A stretch of DNA of 64,000 nt from Eledone cirrhosa (Eukaryota), in NCBI GenBank assembly GCA_964016885.1, contig OZ024741.1, positions 340,690,001 to 340,754,000 of the forward strand, read 5' to 3'. Below the pieces are notes generated by a model, which searched no databases, was not told where the DNA came from, and saw only the letters and a program-made list of their open reading frames with translations. Each line of letters starts with the position of its first letter. Position 1 is the first letter of the stretch. This document shows positions 1-15,000 of this stretch, piece after piece. The translations under genes were made by a program, and so were the position numbers.

Positions 1-3000
1 TGTGAGTATCTTGACTGTTCCACACCTCAGCCTCTCTATCACCTACAGTAATACTGTGAGTATCTTGACTGTTCCAAACCTCAGCCTCGCTATCACCCAC
101 AGTAATGCTGTGAGTATCTTGACTGTTCCAAACCTCAGTCTCTCTATCACCTACAGTAATGTTGTGAGTATCTTGACTGTTCCACACCTCAGCCTCTCTA
201 TCACCTACAGTAATACTGTGAGTATCTTGACTGTTCCAAACCTCAGCCTCGCTATCACCTACAGTAATACTATGAGTATCTTGACTGTTCCAAACCTCAG
301 CCTCGCTATCACCTACAGTAATGCTGTGAGTATCTTGACTGTTCCACACCTCAGCCTCGCTATCACCTACGATAATGCTGTGAGTATCTTGACTGTTCCA
401 CAACTCAGCCTCTCTATCACCAACAGTAATGCTGTGAGTATCTTGACTGTTCCACACCTCAGCCTCGCTATCACCTACAGTAATGCTGTGAGGGTCTTGA
501 CTGTTCCACACCTCAGCCTCGCTATCTCCCACAGTAATGTTGTGAGTATCTTGACCGTTCCACACCTCAGCCTCTCTATCACCTACAGTAATACTGTGAG
601 TATCTTGACTGTTCCAAACCTCAGCCTCGCTATCACCTACAGTAATGCTGTGAGTATCTTGACTGTTCCACACCTCAGCCTCGCTATCACCTACGATAAT
701 GCTGTGAGTATCTTGACTGTTCCACACCTCAGCCTCGCTATCACCTACAGAACTGCTGTGAGGGTTTGACTGTTCCACACCTCAGCCTCTCTATCACCTA
801 CAGTAATGTTGTGAGTATCTTGACTGTTCCACACCTCAGCCTCTCTATCACCTACAGTAATGCTGTGAGTATCTTGACTGTTCCACACCTCAGACTCGCT
901 ATCACCTACAGTAATGCTGTGAGTATCTTGACTGTTCCACACCTCAGCCTCTCTATCACCTACAGTAATGCTGTGAGTATCTTGACTGTTCCACACCTCA
1001 GCCTCGCTATCACCTACAGTAATGCTGTGAGTATCTTGACTGTTCCACACCTCAGACTCGCTATCACCTACAGTAATGTTGTGAGTATCTTGACTGTTCC
1101 ACACCTCAGCCTCGCTATCTCCTACAGTAATGCTGTGAGTATCTTGACTGTTCCACACCTCAGCCTCGCTATCACCTACAGTAATGCTATGAGTATCTTG
1201 ACTGTTCCACACCTCAGCCTCGCTATCACCTACAGTAATGCTGTGAGTATCTTGACTGGTCCACACCTCAGCCTCGCTATCACCTACAGTAATGTTGTGA
1301 GGGTCTTGACTGTTCCACACCTCAGCCTCGCTATCACCCACAGTAATGCTGTGAGTATCTTGACTGTTCCACACCTCAGCCTCTCTATCACCTACAGTAA
1401 TGCTGTGAGTATCTTGACTGTTCCACACCTCAGACTCGCTATCACCTACAGTAATTCTGTGAGTATCTTGACTGTTCCACACCTCAGACTCGCTATCACC
1501 TACAGTAATGTTGTGAGTATCTTGACTGTTCCACACCTCAGCCTCTCTATCACCTACAGTAATACTGTGAGTATCTTGACTGTTCCAAACCTCAGCCTCG
1601 CTATCACCTACAGTAATACTATGAGTATCTTGACTGTTCCAAACCTCAGCCTCGCTATCACCTACGATAATGCTGTGAGTATCTTGACTGTTCCACAACT
1701 CAGCCTCTCTATCACCAACAGTAATGCTGTGAGTATCTTGACTGTTCCACACCTCAGCCTCGCTATCACCTACGATAATGCTGTGAGTATCTTGACTGTT
1801 CCACAACTCAGCCTCTCTATCACCAACAGTAATGCTGTGAGTATCTTGACTGTTCCACACCTCAGCCTCGCTATCACCTACAGTAATGCTGTGAGGGTCT
1901 TGACTGTTCCACACCTCAGCCTCGCTATCTCCCACAGTAATGTTGTGAGTATCTTGACCGTTCCACACCTCAGCCTCTCTATCACCTACAGTAATGTTGT
2001 GAGGGTCTTGACTGTTCCACACCTCAGCCTCGCTATCTCCCACAGTAATGCTGTGAGTATCTTGACTGTTCCAAACCTCAGCCTCGCTATCACCAACAGT
2101 AATGCTGTGAGTATCTTGACTGTTCCACACCTCAGCCTCGCTATCACCTACAGTAATGCTGTGAGTATCTTGACTGTTCCACACCTCAGCCTCTCTATCA
2201 CCTACAGTAATGCTGTGAGTATCTTGACTGTTCCACACCTCAGCCTCGCTATCACCTACAGTAATGCTGTGAGTATCTTGACTGTTCCACACCTCAGCCT
2301 CTCTATCACCTACAGTAATGTTGTGAGGGTTTTGACTGTTCCACACCTCAGCCTCGCTATCACCTACAGTAATGCTGTGAGTATCTTGACTGTTCCACAC
2401 CTCAGCCTCGCTATCACCTACAGTAATGTCGTGAGGGTCTTGACTGTTCCACACCTCAGCCTCTCTATCACCTACAGTAATGTTGTGAGGGTCTTGACTG
2501 TTCCACACCTCAGTCTCGCTATCACATACAGTAATGCTGTGAGTATCTTGACTGTTCCACACCTCAGCCTCGCTATCACCTACAGTAATGCTGTGAGTAT
2601 CTTGACTGTTCCACACCTCAGCCTCGCTATCACCTACAGTAATGCTGTGAGTATCTTGACTGTTCCACACCTCAGCCTCGCTATCACCAACTGTAATGCT
2701 GTGAGTATCTTGACTGTTCCACACCTCAGCCTCGCTATCACCTACAGTAATGTTGTGAGGGTCTTGACTGTTCCACACCTCAGCCTCTCTATCACCTACA
2801 GTAATGCTGTGAGTATCTTGATTGTTCCACACCTCAGCCTCGCTATCACCTACAGTAATGCTGTGAGTATCTTGACTGTTCCACACCTCAGACTCGCTAT
2901 CACCTACAGTAATGCTGTGAGTATCTTGACTGTTCCACACCTCAGCCTCGCTATCACCTACAGTAATGCTGTGAGTATCTTGACTGTTCCACACCTCAGA

Positions 3001-6000
3001 CTCGCTATCACCTACAGTAAAGCTGTGAGTATCTTGACTGTTCCACACCTCAGCCTCTCTATCACCTACAGTAATGCTGTGAGTATCTTGACAGTTCCAC
3101 ACCTCAGCCTCGCTATCACCTACAGTAATGCTGTGAGTATCTTGACTGTTCCACACCTCAGACTCGCTATCACCTACAGTAATGTTGTGAGTATCTTGAC
3201 TGTTCCACACCTCAGCCTCGCTATCTCCTACAGTAATGCTGTGAGTATCTTGACTGTTCCACACCTCAGCCTCGCTATCACCTACAGTAATGCTATGAGT
3301 ATCTTGACTGTTCCACACCTCAGCCTCGCTATCACCTACAGTAATGCTGTGAGTAGCTTGACTGTTCCACACCTCAGACTCGCTATCACCTACAGTAATT
3401 CTGTGAGTATCTTGACTGTTCCACACCTCAGACTCGCTATCACCTACAGTAATGTTGTGAGTATCTTGACTGTTCCACACCTCAGCCTCGCTATCACCTA
3501 CAGTAATGCTGTGAGTATCTTGACTGTTCCACACCTCAGCCTCGCTATCACCTACAGTAATGCTGTGAGTATCTTGACTGTTCCACACCTCAGTCTCGCT
3601 ATCACCTACAGTAATGCTGTGAGTATCTTGACTGTTCCACACCTCAGCCTCTCTATCACCTACAGTAATGTTGTGAGCGTCTTGACTGTTCCACACCTCA
3701 GCCTCGCTATCACCCACAGTAATGCTGTGAGTATCTTGACTGTTCCACACCTCAGCCACTCTATCACCTACAGTAATGCTGTGAGTATCTTGACTGTTCC
3801 ACACCTCAGCCTCGCTATCACCCACAGTAATGCTGTGAGTATCTTGACTGTTCCACACCTCAGCCTCTCTATCACCTACAGTAATGTTGTGAGGGCCTTG
3901 ACTGTTCCACACCTCAGCCTCGCTATCACCCACAGTAATACTGTGAGGGTCTTGACTGTTCCACACCTCAGCCTCGCTATCACCCACAGTAATGCTGTGA
4001 GTATCTTGACTGTTCCACACCTCAGCCTCGCTATCACCCACAGTAATACTGTGAGGGTCTTGACTGTTCCACACCTCAGCCTCTCTATCACCTACAGTAA
4101 TGCTGTGAGTATCTTGACTGTTCCACACCTCAGCCTCTCTATCACCTACAGTAATGCTGTGAGTATCTTGACTGTTCTACACCTCAGCCTCGCTATCACC
4201 CACAGTAATGCTGTGAGTATCTTGACTGTTCCACACCTCAGCCTCTCTATCACCTACAGTAATGTTGTGAGGGTCTTGACTGTTCCACACCTCAGCCTCG
4301 CTATCACCTACAGTAATGTTGTGAGGCTCTTGACTGTTCCACACCTCAGCCTCGCTATCACCCACAGTAATACTGTGAGGGTCTTGACTGTTCCACACCT
4401 CAGCCTCGCTATCACCCACAGTAATGCTGTGAGTATCTTGACTGTTCCACACCTCAGCCTCGCTATCACCCACAGTAATACTGTGAGGGTCTTGACTGTT
4501 CCACACCTCAGCCTCGCTATCACCTACAGTAATGCTGTGAGTATCTTGACTGTTCCACACCTCAGCCTCACTATCACCCACAGTAATACTGTGAGGGTCT
4601 TGACTGTTCCACACCTCAGCCTCTCTATCACCTACAGTAATGCTGTGAGTATCTTGACTGTTCCACACCTCAGCCTCTCTATCACCTACAGTAATGCTGT
4701 GAGTATCTTGACTGTTCCACACCTCAGCCTCGCTATCACCCACAGTAATGCTGTGAGTATCTTGACTGTTCCACACCTCAGCCTCTCTATCACCTACAGT
4801 AATGCTGTGAGTATCTTGACTGTTCCACACCTCAGCCTCTCTATCACCTACAGTAATGCTGTGAGTATCTTGACTGTTCCACACCTCAGCCTCTCTATCA
4901 CCTACAGTAATGTTGTGAGGGTCTTGACTGTTCCACACCTCAGCCTCGCTATCACCTACAGTAATGTTGTGAGTATCTTTACTGTTCCACACCTCAGCCT
5001 CGCTATCACCTACAGTAATGTTGTGAGGGTCTTGACTGTTCCACACTTCAGCCTCGCTATCACCTACAGTAATGCTGTGAGTATCTTTACTGTTCCACAC
5101 CTCAGCCTCGCTATCACCTACAGTAATGTTGTGAGGGTCTTGACTGTTCCACACCTCAGCCTCGCTATCACCCACAGTAATGCTGTGAGTATCTTGACTG
5201 TTCCACACCTCAGCCTCGCTATCACCCACAGTAATGCTGTGAGTATCTTGACTGTTCCACACCTCAGCCTCGTTATCACCTACAGTAATGCTGTGAGTAT
5301 CTTGACTGTTCTACACCTCAGCCTCTCTATCACCTACAGTAATGCTGTGAGTATCTTGACTGTTCCACACCTCAGACTCGCTATCACCTACAGTAATGCT
5401 GTGAGTATCTTGACTGTTCCACACCTCAGACTCGCTATCACCTACAGTAATGTTGTGAGTATCTTGACTGTTCCACACCTCAGACTCGCTATCACCTACA
5501 GTAATGTTGTGAGTATCTTGACTGTTCCACACCTCAGACTCGCTATCACCTACAGTAATGCTGTGAGTATCTTGACTGTTCCACACCTCAGACTCGCTAT
5601 CACCTACAGTAATGCTGTGAGTATCTTGACTGTTCCACACCTCAGCCTCTCTATCACCTACAGTAATGCTGTGAGTATCTTGACTGTTCCACACCTCAGC
5701 CTCGCTATCACCTACAGTAATGCTGTGAGTATCTTGACTGTTCCACACCTCAGACTCGCTATCACCTACAGTAATGTTGTGAGTATCTTGACTGTTCCAC
5801 ACCTCAGCCTCGCTATCTCCTACAGTAATGCTGTGAGTATCTTGACTGTTCCACACCTCAGCCTCGCTATCACCTACAGTAATGCTATGAGTATCTTGAC
5901 TGTTCCACACCTCAGCCTCGCTATCACCTACAGTAATGCTGTGAGTATCTTGACTGGTCCACACCTCAGCCTCGCTATCACCTACAGTAATGTTGTGAGG

Positions 6001-9000
6001 GTCTTGACTGTTCCACACCTCAGCCTCGCTATCACCCACAGTAATGCTGTGAGTATCTTGACTGTTCCACACCTCAGCCTCTCTATCACCTACAGTAATG
6101 CTGTGAGTATCTTGACTGTTCCACACCTCAGACTCGCTATCACCTACAGTAATTCTGTGAGTATCTTGACTGTTCCACACCTCAGACTCGCTATCACCTA
6201 CAGTAATGTTGTGAGTATCTTGACTGTTCCACACCTCAGCCTCGCTATCACCTACAGTAATGCTGTGAGTATCTTGACTGTTCCACACCTCAGGCTCGCT
6301 ATCACCTACAGTAATCTTGTGAGGGTCTTGACTGTTCCACACCTCAGCCTCGCTATCACCCACAGTAATGCTGTGAGTATCTTGACTGTTCCACACCTCA
6401 GCCTCGCTATCACCCACAGTAATGCTGTCAGTATCTTGACTGTTCCACACCTCAGCCTCGCTATCACCTACAGTAATGCTGTGAGTATCTTGACTGTTCC
6501 ACACCTCAGCCTCGCTATCACCTACAGTAATGCTGTGAGTATCTTGACTGTTCCACACCTCAGCCTCTCTATCACCTACAGTAATGCTGTGAGTATCTTG
6601 ACTGTTCCACACCTCAGTCTCGCTATCACCTACAGTAATGCTGTGAGTATCTTGACTGTTCCACACCTCAGCCTCGCTATCACCTACAGTAATGCTGTGA
6701 GTATCTTGACTGTTCCACACCTCAGTCTCGCTATCACCTACAGTAATGCTGTGAGTATCTTGACTGTTCCACACCTCAGCCTCTCTATCACCTACAGTAA
6801 TGTTGTGAGCGTCTTGACTGTTCCACACCTCAGCCTCGCTATCACCCACAGTAATGCTGTGAGTATCTTGACTGTTCCACACCTCAGCCTCTCTATCACC
6901 TACAGTAATGCTGTGAGTATCTTGACTGTTCCACACCTCAGCCTCGCTATCACCCACAGTAATGCTGTGAGTATCTTGACTGTTCCACACCTCAGCCTCT
7001 CTATCACCTACAGTAATGTTGTGAGGGTCTTGACTGTTCCACACCTCAGCCTCGCTATCACCTACAGTAATGTTGTGAGGCTCTTGACTGTTCCACACCT
7101 CAGCCTCGCTATCACCCACAGTAATACTGTGAGGGTCTTGACTGTTCCACACCTCAGCCTCGCTATCACCCACAGTAATGCTGTGAGTATCTTGACTGTT
7201 CCACACCTCAGCCTCGCTATCACCCACAGTAATACTGTGAGGGTCTTGACTGTTCCACACCTCAGCCTCTCTATCACCTACAGTAATGCTGTGAGTATCT
7301 TGACTGTTCCACACCTCAGCCTCTCTATCACCTACAGTAATGCTGTGAGTATCTTGACTGTTCCACACCTCAGCCTCACTATCACCCACAGAAATGCTGT
7401 GAGTATCTTGACTGTTCCACACCTCAGCCTCTCTATCACCTACAGTAATGTTCTGAGGGTCTTGACTGTTCCACACCTCAGCCTCGCTATCACCTACAGT
7501 AATGTTGTGAGGCTCTTGACTGTTCCACACCTCAGCCTCGCTATCACCCACAGTAATACTGTGAGGGTCTTGACTGTTCCACACCTCAGCCTCGCTATCA
7601 CCCACAGTAATGCTGTGAGTATCTTGACTGTTCCACACCTCAGCCTCGCTATCACCCACAGTAATACTGTGAGGGTCTTGACTGTTCCACACCTCAGCCT
7701 CGCTATCACCTACAGTAATGCTGTGAGTATCTTGACTGTTCCACACCTCAGCCTCGCTATCACCCACAGTAATACTGTGAGGGTCTTGACTGTTCCACAC
7801 CTCAGCCTCTCTATCACCTACAGTAATGCTGTGAGTATCTTGACTGTTCCACACCTCAGCCTCTCTATCACCTACAGTAATGCTGTGAGTATCTTGACTG
7901 TTCCACACCTCAGCCTCTCTATCACCTACAGTAATGCTGTGAGTATCTTGACTGTTCCACACCTCAGCCTCTCTATCTCCTACAGTAATGCTGTGAGTAT
8001 CTTGACTGTTCCACACCTCAGCCTCGCTATCACCCACAGTAATGCTGTGAGTATCTTGACTGTTCCACACCTCAGCCTCGCTATCACCCACAGTAATGCT
8101 GTGAGTATCTTGACTGTTCCACACCTCAGCCTCGCTATCGCCCACAGTAATGCTGTGAGTAACTTGACTGTTCCACACCTCAGCCTCTCTATCACCTACA
8201 GTAATGCTGTGAATATCTTGACTGTTCCACACCTCAGCCTCTCTATCACCTACAGTAATGCGGTTAGTATCTTGACTGTTCCACACCTCAGCCTCGCTAT
8301 CACACACAGTAATGCTATGAGTATCTTGACTGTTCCACACCTCAGCCTCTCTATCACCTACAGTAATGCTGTGAGTATCTTGACTGTTCCACACCTCAGC
8401 CTCTCTATCACCTACAGTAATGCTGTGAGTATCTTGACTGTTCCACACCTCAGCCTCTCTATCACCTACAGTAATGCTGTGAGTATCTTGACTGTTCCAC
8501 ACCTCAGCCTCGCTATCACCTACAGTAATGCTGTGAGTATCTTGACTGTTCCAAACCTCAGCCTCGCTATCACCTACAGTAATGCTGTGAGTATCTTGAC
8601 TGTTCCAAACCTCAGCCTCGCTATCACCTACAGTCATGCTGTGAGTATCTTGACTGTTCTACACCTCAGCCTCGCTATCACCTACAGTAATGCTGTGAGT
8701 ATCTTGACTGTTCCACACCTCAGCCTCTCTATCACCTACAGTAATGCTGTGAGTATCTTGACTGTTCCAAACCTCAGCCTCGCTATCACCTACAGTAATG
8801 CTGTGAGTATCTTGACTGTTCCAAACCTCAGCCTCGCTATCACCTACAGTAATGCTGTGAGGGTCTTGACTGTTCCACACCTCAGCCTCTCTATCACCTA
8901 CAGTAATGCTGTGAGGGTCTTGACTGTTCCACACCTCAGCCTCGCTATCACCTACAGTAATGCTGTGAGGGTCTTGACTGTTCCACACCTCAGCCTCTCT

Positions 9001-12000
9001 ATCACCCACAGTAATGCTGTGAGTATCTTGACTGTTCCACACCTCAGCCTCTCTATCACCTACAGTAATGCTGTGAGTATCTTGACTGTTCCACACCTCA
9101 GCCTCGCTATCACCTACAGTAATGCTGTGAGTATCTTGACTGTTCCACACCTCAGCCTCGCTATCACCTACAGTAATGTTGTGAGGATCTTGACTGTTCC
9201 ACACCTCAGCCTCTCTATCATCTACAGTAATGTTGTGAGGGTCTTGACTGTTCCACACCTCAGCCTCGCTATCACCTACAGTAATGTTGTGAGGGTCTTG
9301 ACTGTTCCACACCTCAGCCTCGCTATCACCCACAGTAATACTGTGAGGGTCTTGACTGTTCCACACCTCAGCCTCTCTATCACCTACAGTAATGCTGTGA
9401 GTATCTTGACTGTTCCACACCTCAGTCTCTCTATCACCTACAGTAATGCTGTGAGTATCTTGACTGTTCCACACCTCAGCCTCTCTATCACCTACAGTAA
9501 TGCTGTGAGTATCTTGACTGTTCCACATCTCAGCCTCTCTATCACCTACAGTAATGCTGTGAGTATCTTGACTGTTCCACACCTCAGCCTCGCTATCACC
9601 TACAGTAATGCTGTGAGTATCTTGACTGTTCCACACCTCAGCCTCTCTATCACCTACAGTAATGCTGTGAGTATCTTGACTGTTCCACACCTCAGACTCT
9701 CTATCACCTACAGTAATGCTGTGAGTATCTTGACTGTTCCAAACCTCAGCCTCGCTATCACCTACAGTAATGCTGTGAGGGTCTTGACTGTTCCACACCT
9801 CAGCCTCTCTATCACCTACAGTAATGCTGTGAGGGTCTTGACTGTTCCACACCTCAGCCTCGCTATCACCTACAGTAATGCTGTGAGTATCTTGACTGTT
9901 CCACACCTCAGCCTCGCTATCACCTACAGTAATGCTGTGAGTATCTTGACTGTTCCACACCTCAGCCTCGCTATCACCTACAGTAATGCTGTGAGTATCT
10001 TGACAGTTCCACACCTCAGCCTCGCTATCACCTACAGTAATGCTGTGAGTATCTTGACTGTTCCACACCTCAGCCTCTCTATCACCTACAGTAATGCTGT
10101 GAGTATCTTGACTGTTCCACACCTCAGCCTCGCTATCACCTACAGTAATGCTGTGAGGGTCTTGACTGTTCCACACCTCAGCCTCTCTATCACCTACAGT
10201 AATGCTGTGAGTATCTTGACTGTTCCACACCTCAGCCTCGCTATCACCTACAGTAATGCTGTGAGTATCTTGACTGTTCCACACCTCAGTCTCTCTATCA
10301 ACTACAGAACTGCTGTGAGGGTCTTGACTGTTCCACACCTCAGCCTCTCTATCACCTACAGTAATGCTGTGAGTATCTTGACTGTTCCACACCTCAGTCT
10401 CTCTATCACCTACAGAACTGCTGTGAGGGTTTGACTGTTCCACACCTCAGCCTCGCTATCACCTACAGTAATGCTGTGAGTATCTTGACTGCTCCACACC
10501 TCAGCCTCGCTATCACCTACAGTAATGCTGTGAGTATCTTGACTGTTCCACACCTCAGCCTCTCTATCACCTACAGTAATGCTGTGAGTATCTTGACTGT
10601 TCCACACCTCAGCCTCGCTATCACCTACAGTAATGCTGTGAGTATCTTGACTGTTCCACACCTCAGCCTCGCTATCACCTACAGTAATGCTGTGAGTATC
10701 TTGACTGTTCCACACCTCAGCCTCTCTATCACCTACAGTAATGCTGTGAGTATCTTGACTGTTCCACACCTCAGCCTCGCTATCACCTACAGTAATGCTG
10801 TGAGTATCTTGACTGTTCCACACCTCAGTCTCTCTATCACCTACAGAACTGCTGTGAGGGTCTTGACTGTTCCACACCTCAGCCTCTCTATCACCTACAG
10901 TAATGCTGTGAGTATCTTGACTGTTCCACACCTCAGTCTCTCTATCACCTACAGAACTGCTGTGAGGGTTTGACTGTTCCACACCTCAGCCTCGCTATCA
11001 CCTACAGTAATGCTGTGAGTATCTTGACTGTTCTACACCTCAGCCTCTCTATCACCTACAGTAATGCTGTGAGTATTTTGACTGTTCCACACCTCAGCCT
11101 CTCTATCACCTACAGTAATGCTGTGAGTATCTTGACTGTTCTACACCTCAGCCTCTCTATCACCTACAGTAATGCTGTGAGTATCTTGACTGTTCCACAC
11201 CTCAGCCTCGCTATCACCTACAGTAATGCTGTGAGTATCTTGACTGTTCCACACCTCAGTCTCTCTATCACCTACAGAACTGCTGTGAGGGTCTTGACTG
11301 TTCCACACCTCAGCCTCTCTATCACCTACAGTAATGCTGTGAGTATCTTGACTGTTCCACACCTCAGACTCGCTATCACCTACAGTAATGCTGTGAGTAT
11401 CTTGACTGTTCCACACCTCAGCCTCTCTATCACCTACAGTAATGCTGTGAGTATCTTGACTGTTCCACACCTCAGCCTCTCTATCACCTACAGTAATACT
11501 GTGAGTATCTTGACTGTTCCACACCTCAGCCTCTCTATCACCTACAGAACTGCTGTGAGTATCTTGACTGTTCCACACCTCAGCCTCTCTATCACCTACA
11601 GTAATGCTGTGAGTATCTTGACTGTTCCACACCTCAGCCTCTCTATCACCTACAGTAATGCTGTGAGTATCTTGACTGTTCCACACCTCAGCCTCTCTAT
11701 CACCTACAGTAATGCTGTGAGTATCTTGACTGTTCTACACCTCAGCCTCTCTATCACCTACAGTAATGCTGTGAGTATCTTGACTGTTCCACACCTCAGC
11801 CTCTCTATCACCTACAGTAATGCTGTGAGTATCTTGACTGTTCTACACCTCAGCCTCTCTATCACCTACAGTAATGCTGTGAGTATCTTGACTGTTCCAC
11901 ACCTCAGCCACGCTATCACCTACAGTAATGCTGTGAGTATCTTGACTGTTCCACACCTCAGTCTCTCTATCACCTACAGAACTGCTGTGAGGGTCTTGAC

Positions 12001-15000
12001 TGTTCCACACCTCAGCCTCTCTATCACCTACAGTAATGCTGTGAGTATCTTGACTGTTCCACACCTCAGACTCGCTATCACCTACAGTAATGCTGTGAGT
12101 ATCTTGACTGTTCCACACCTCAGCCTCTCTATCACCTACAGTAATGCTGTGAGTATCTTGACTGTTCCACACCTCAGCCTCTCTATCACCTACAGTAATA
12201 CTGTGAGTATCTTGACTGTTCCACACCTCAGCCTCTCTATCACCTACAGAACTGCTGTGAGTATCTTGACTGTTCCACACCTCAGCCTCTCTATCACCTA
12301 CAGTAATGCTGTGAGTATCTTGACTGTTCCACACCTCAGCCTCTCTATCACCTACAGTAATGCTGTGAGTATCTTGACTGTTCCACACCTCAGCCTCTCT
12401 ATCACCTACAGTAATGCTGTGAGTATCTTGACTGTTCTACACCTCAGCCTCTCTATCACCTACAGTAATGCTGTGAGTATCTTGACTGTTCCACACCTCA
12501 GCCTCGCTATCACCTACAGTAATGCTGTGAGTATCTTGACTGTTCCACACCTCAGTCTCTCTATCACCTACAGAACTGCTGTGAGGGTCTTGACTGTTCC
12601 ACACCTCAGCCTCTCTATCACCTACAGTAATGCTGTGAGTATCTTGACTGTTCCACACCTCAGACTCGCTATCACCTACAGTAATGCTGTGAGTATCTTG
12701 ACTGTTCCACACCTCAGCCTCTCTATCACCTACAGTAATGCTGTGAGTATCTTGACTGTTCCACACCTCAGCCTCTCTATCACCTACAGTAATACTGTGA
12801 GTATCTTGACTGTTCCACACCTCAGCCTCTCTATCACCTACAGAACTGCTGTGAGTATCTTGACTGTTCCACACCTCAGCCTCTCTATCACCTACAGTAA
12901 TGCTGTGAGTATCTTGACTGTTCCACACCTCAGCCTCTCTATCACCTACAGTAATGCTGTGAGTATCTTGACTGTTCCACACCTCAGCCTCGCTATCACC
13001 TACAGTAATGCTGTGAGGGTGTTGACTGTTCCACACCTCAGCCTCGCTATCACCTACAGTAATGCTGTGAGTATCTTGACTGTTCCACACCTCAGCCTCT
13101 CTATCACCTACAGTAATGCTGTGAGTATCTTGACTGTTCCACATCTCAGCCTCTCTATCACCTACAGTAATGCTGTGAGTATCTTGACTGTTCCACACCT
13201 CAGCCTCGCTATCACCTACAGTAATGCTGTGAGTATCTTGACTGTTCCACAGCTCAGCCTCTCTATCACCTACAGTAATGCGGTTAGTATCTTGACTGTT
13301 CCACACCTCAGCCTCGCTATCACCTACAGTAATGCTGTGAGTATCTTGACTGTTCCACACCTCAGCCTCTCTATCACCTCCAGCAATTCTGTGAGTATCT
13401 TGACTGTTCCACACCTCAGCCTCGCTATCACCTACAGTAATGCTGTGAGTATCTTGACTGTTCCACACCTCAGCCTCTCTATCACCTACAGTAATGCTGT
13501 GAGTATCTTGACTGTTCCACACCTCAGCCTCGCTATCACCTACAGTAATGCTGTGAGTATCTTGACTGTTCCACACCTCAGCCTCTGTATCAACTACAGT
13601 AATGCTGTGAGTATCTTGACTGTTCCACACCTCAGCCTCGCTATCACCTACAGTAATGCTGTGAGTATCTTGACTGTTCCACACCTCAGCCTCGCTATCA
13701 CCTACAGTAATGCTGTGAGTATCTTGACTGTTCAACACCTCAGCCTCTCTATCACCTACAGTAATGCTGTGAGTATCTTGACTGTTCCACACCTCAGCCT
13801 CGCTATCACCTACAGTAATGCTGTGAGTATCTTGACTGTTCCACACCTCAGCCTCGCTATCACCTACAGTAATGCTGTGAGTATCTTGACTGTTCCACAC
13901 CTCAGCCTCGCTATCACCTACAGTAATGCTGTGAGTATCTTGACTGTTCCACACCTCAGCCTCTCTATCACCTACAGTAATGCTGTGAGTATCTTGACTG
14001 TTCCACACCTCAGCCTCTCTATCACCTACAGTAATGCTGTGAGTATCTTGACTGTTCCACACCTCAGCCTCGCTATCACCTACAGTAATGCTGTGAGTAT
14101 CTTGACTGTTCCACACCTCAGCCTCGCTATCACCTACAGTAATGCTGTGAGTATCTTGACTGTTCCACACCTCAGCCTCGCTATCACCTACAGTAATACT
14201 GTGAGTATCTTGACTGTTCCACACCTCAGCCTCGCTATCACCTACAGTAATGCTGTGAGTATCTTGACTGTTCCACACCTCAGCCTCTCTATCACCTACA
14301 GTAATGCTGTGAGTATCTTGACTGTTCCACACCTCAGCCTCTCTATCACCTACAGTAATGCTGTGAGTATCTTGACTGTTCCACACCTCAGCCTCTCTAT
14401 CACCTACAGTAATACTGTGAGTATCTTGACTGTTCCACACCTCAGCCTCGCTATCACCTACAGTAATGCTGTGAGTATCTTGACTGTTCCACACCTCAGC
14501 CTCTCTATCACCTACAGTAATGCTGTGAGTATCTTGACTGTTCCACACCTCAGCCTCTCTATCACCTACAGTAATACTGTGAGTATCTTGACTGTTCCAC
14601 ACCTCAGCCTCGCTATCACCTACAGTAATGCTGTGAGTATCTTGACTGTTCCACACCTCAGCCTCGCTATCACCTACAGTAATACTGTGAGTATCTTGAC
14701 TGTTCCACACCTCAGCCTCGCTATCACCTACAGTAATACTGTGAGTATCTTGACTGTTCCACACCTCAGCCTCGCTATCACCTACAGTAATGCTGTGAGT
14801 ATCTTGACTGTTCCACACCTCAGCCTCTCTATCACCTACAGTAATGCTGTGAGTATCTTGACTGTTCCACACCTCAGCCTCTCTATCACCTACAGTAATG
14901 CTGTGAGTATCTTGACTGTTCCACACCTCAGCCTCTCTATCACCTACAGTAATACTGTGAGTATCTTGACTGTTCCACACCTCAGCCTCGCTATCACCTA

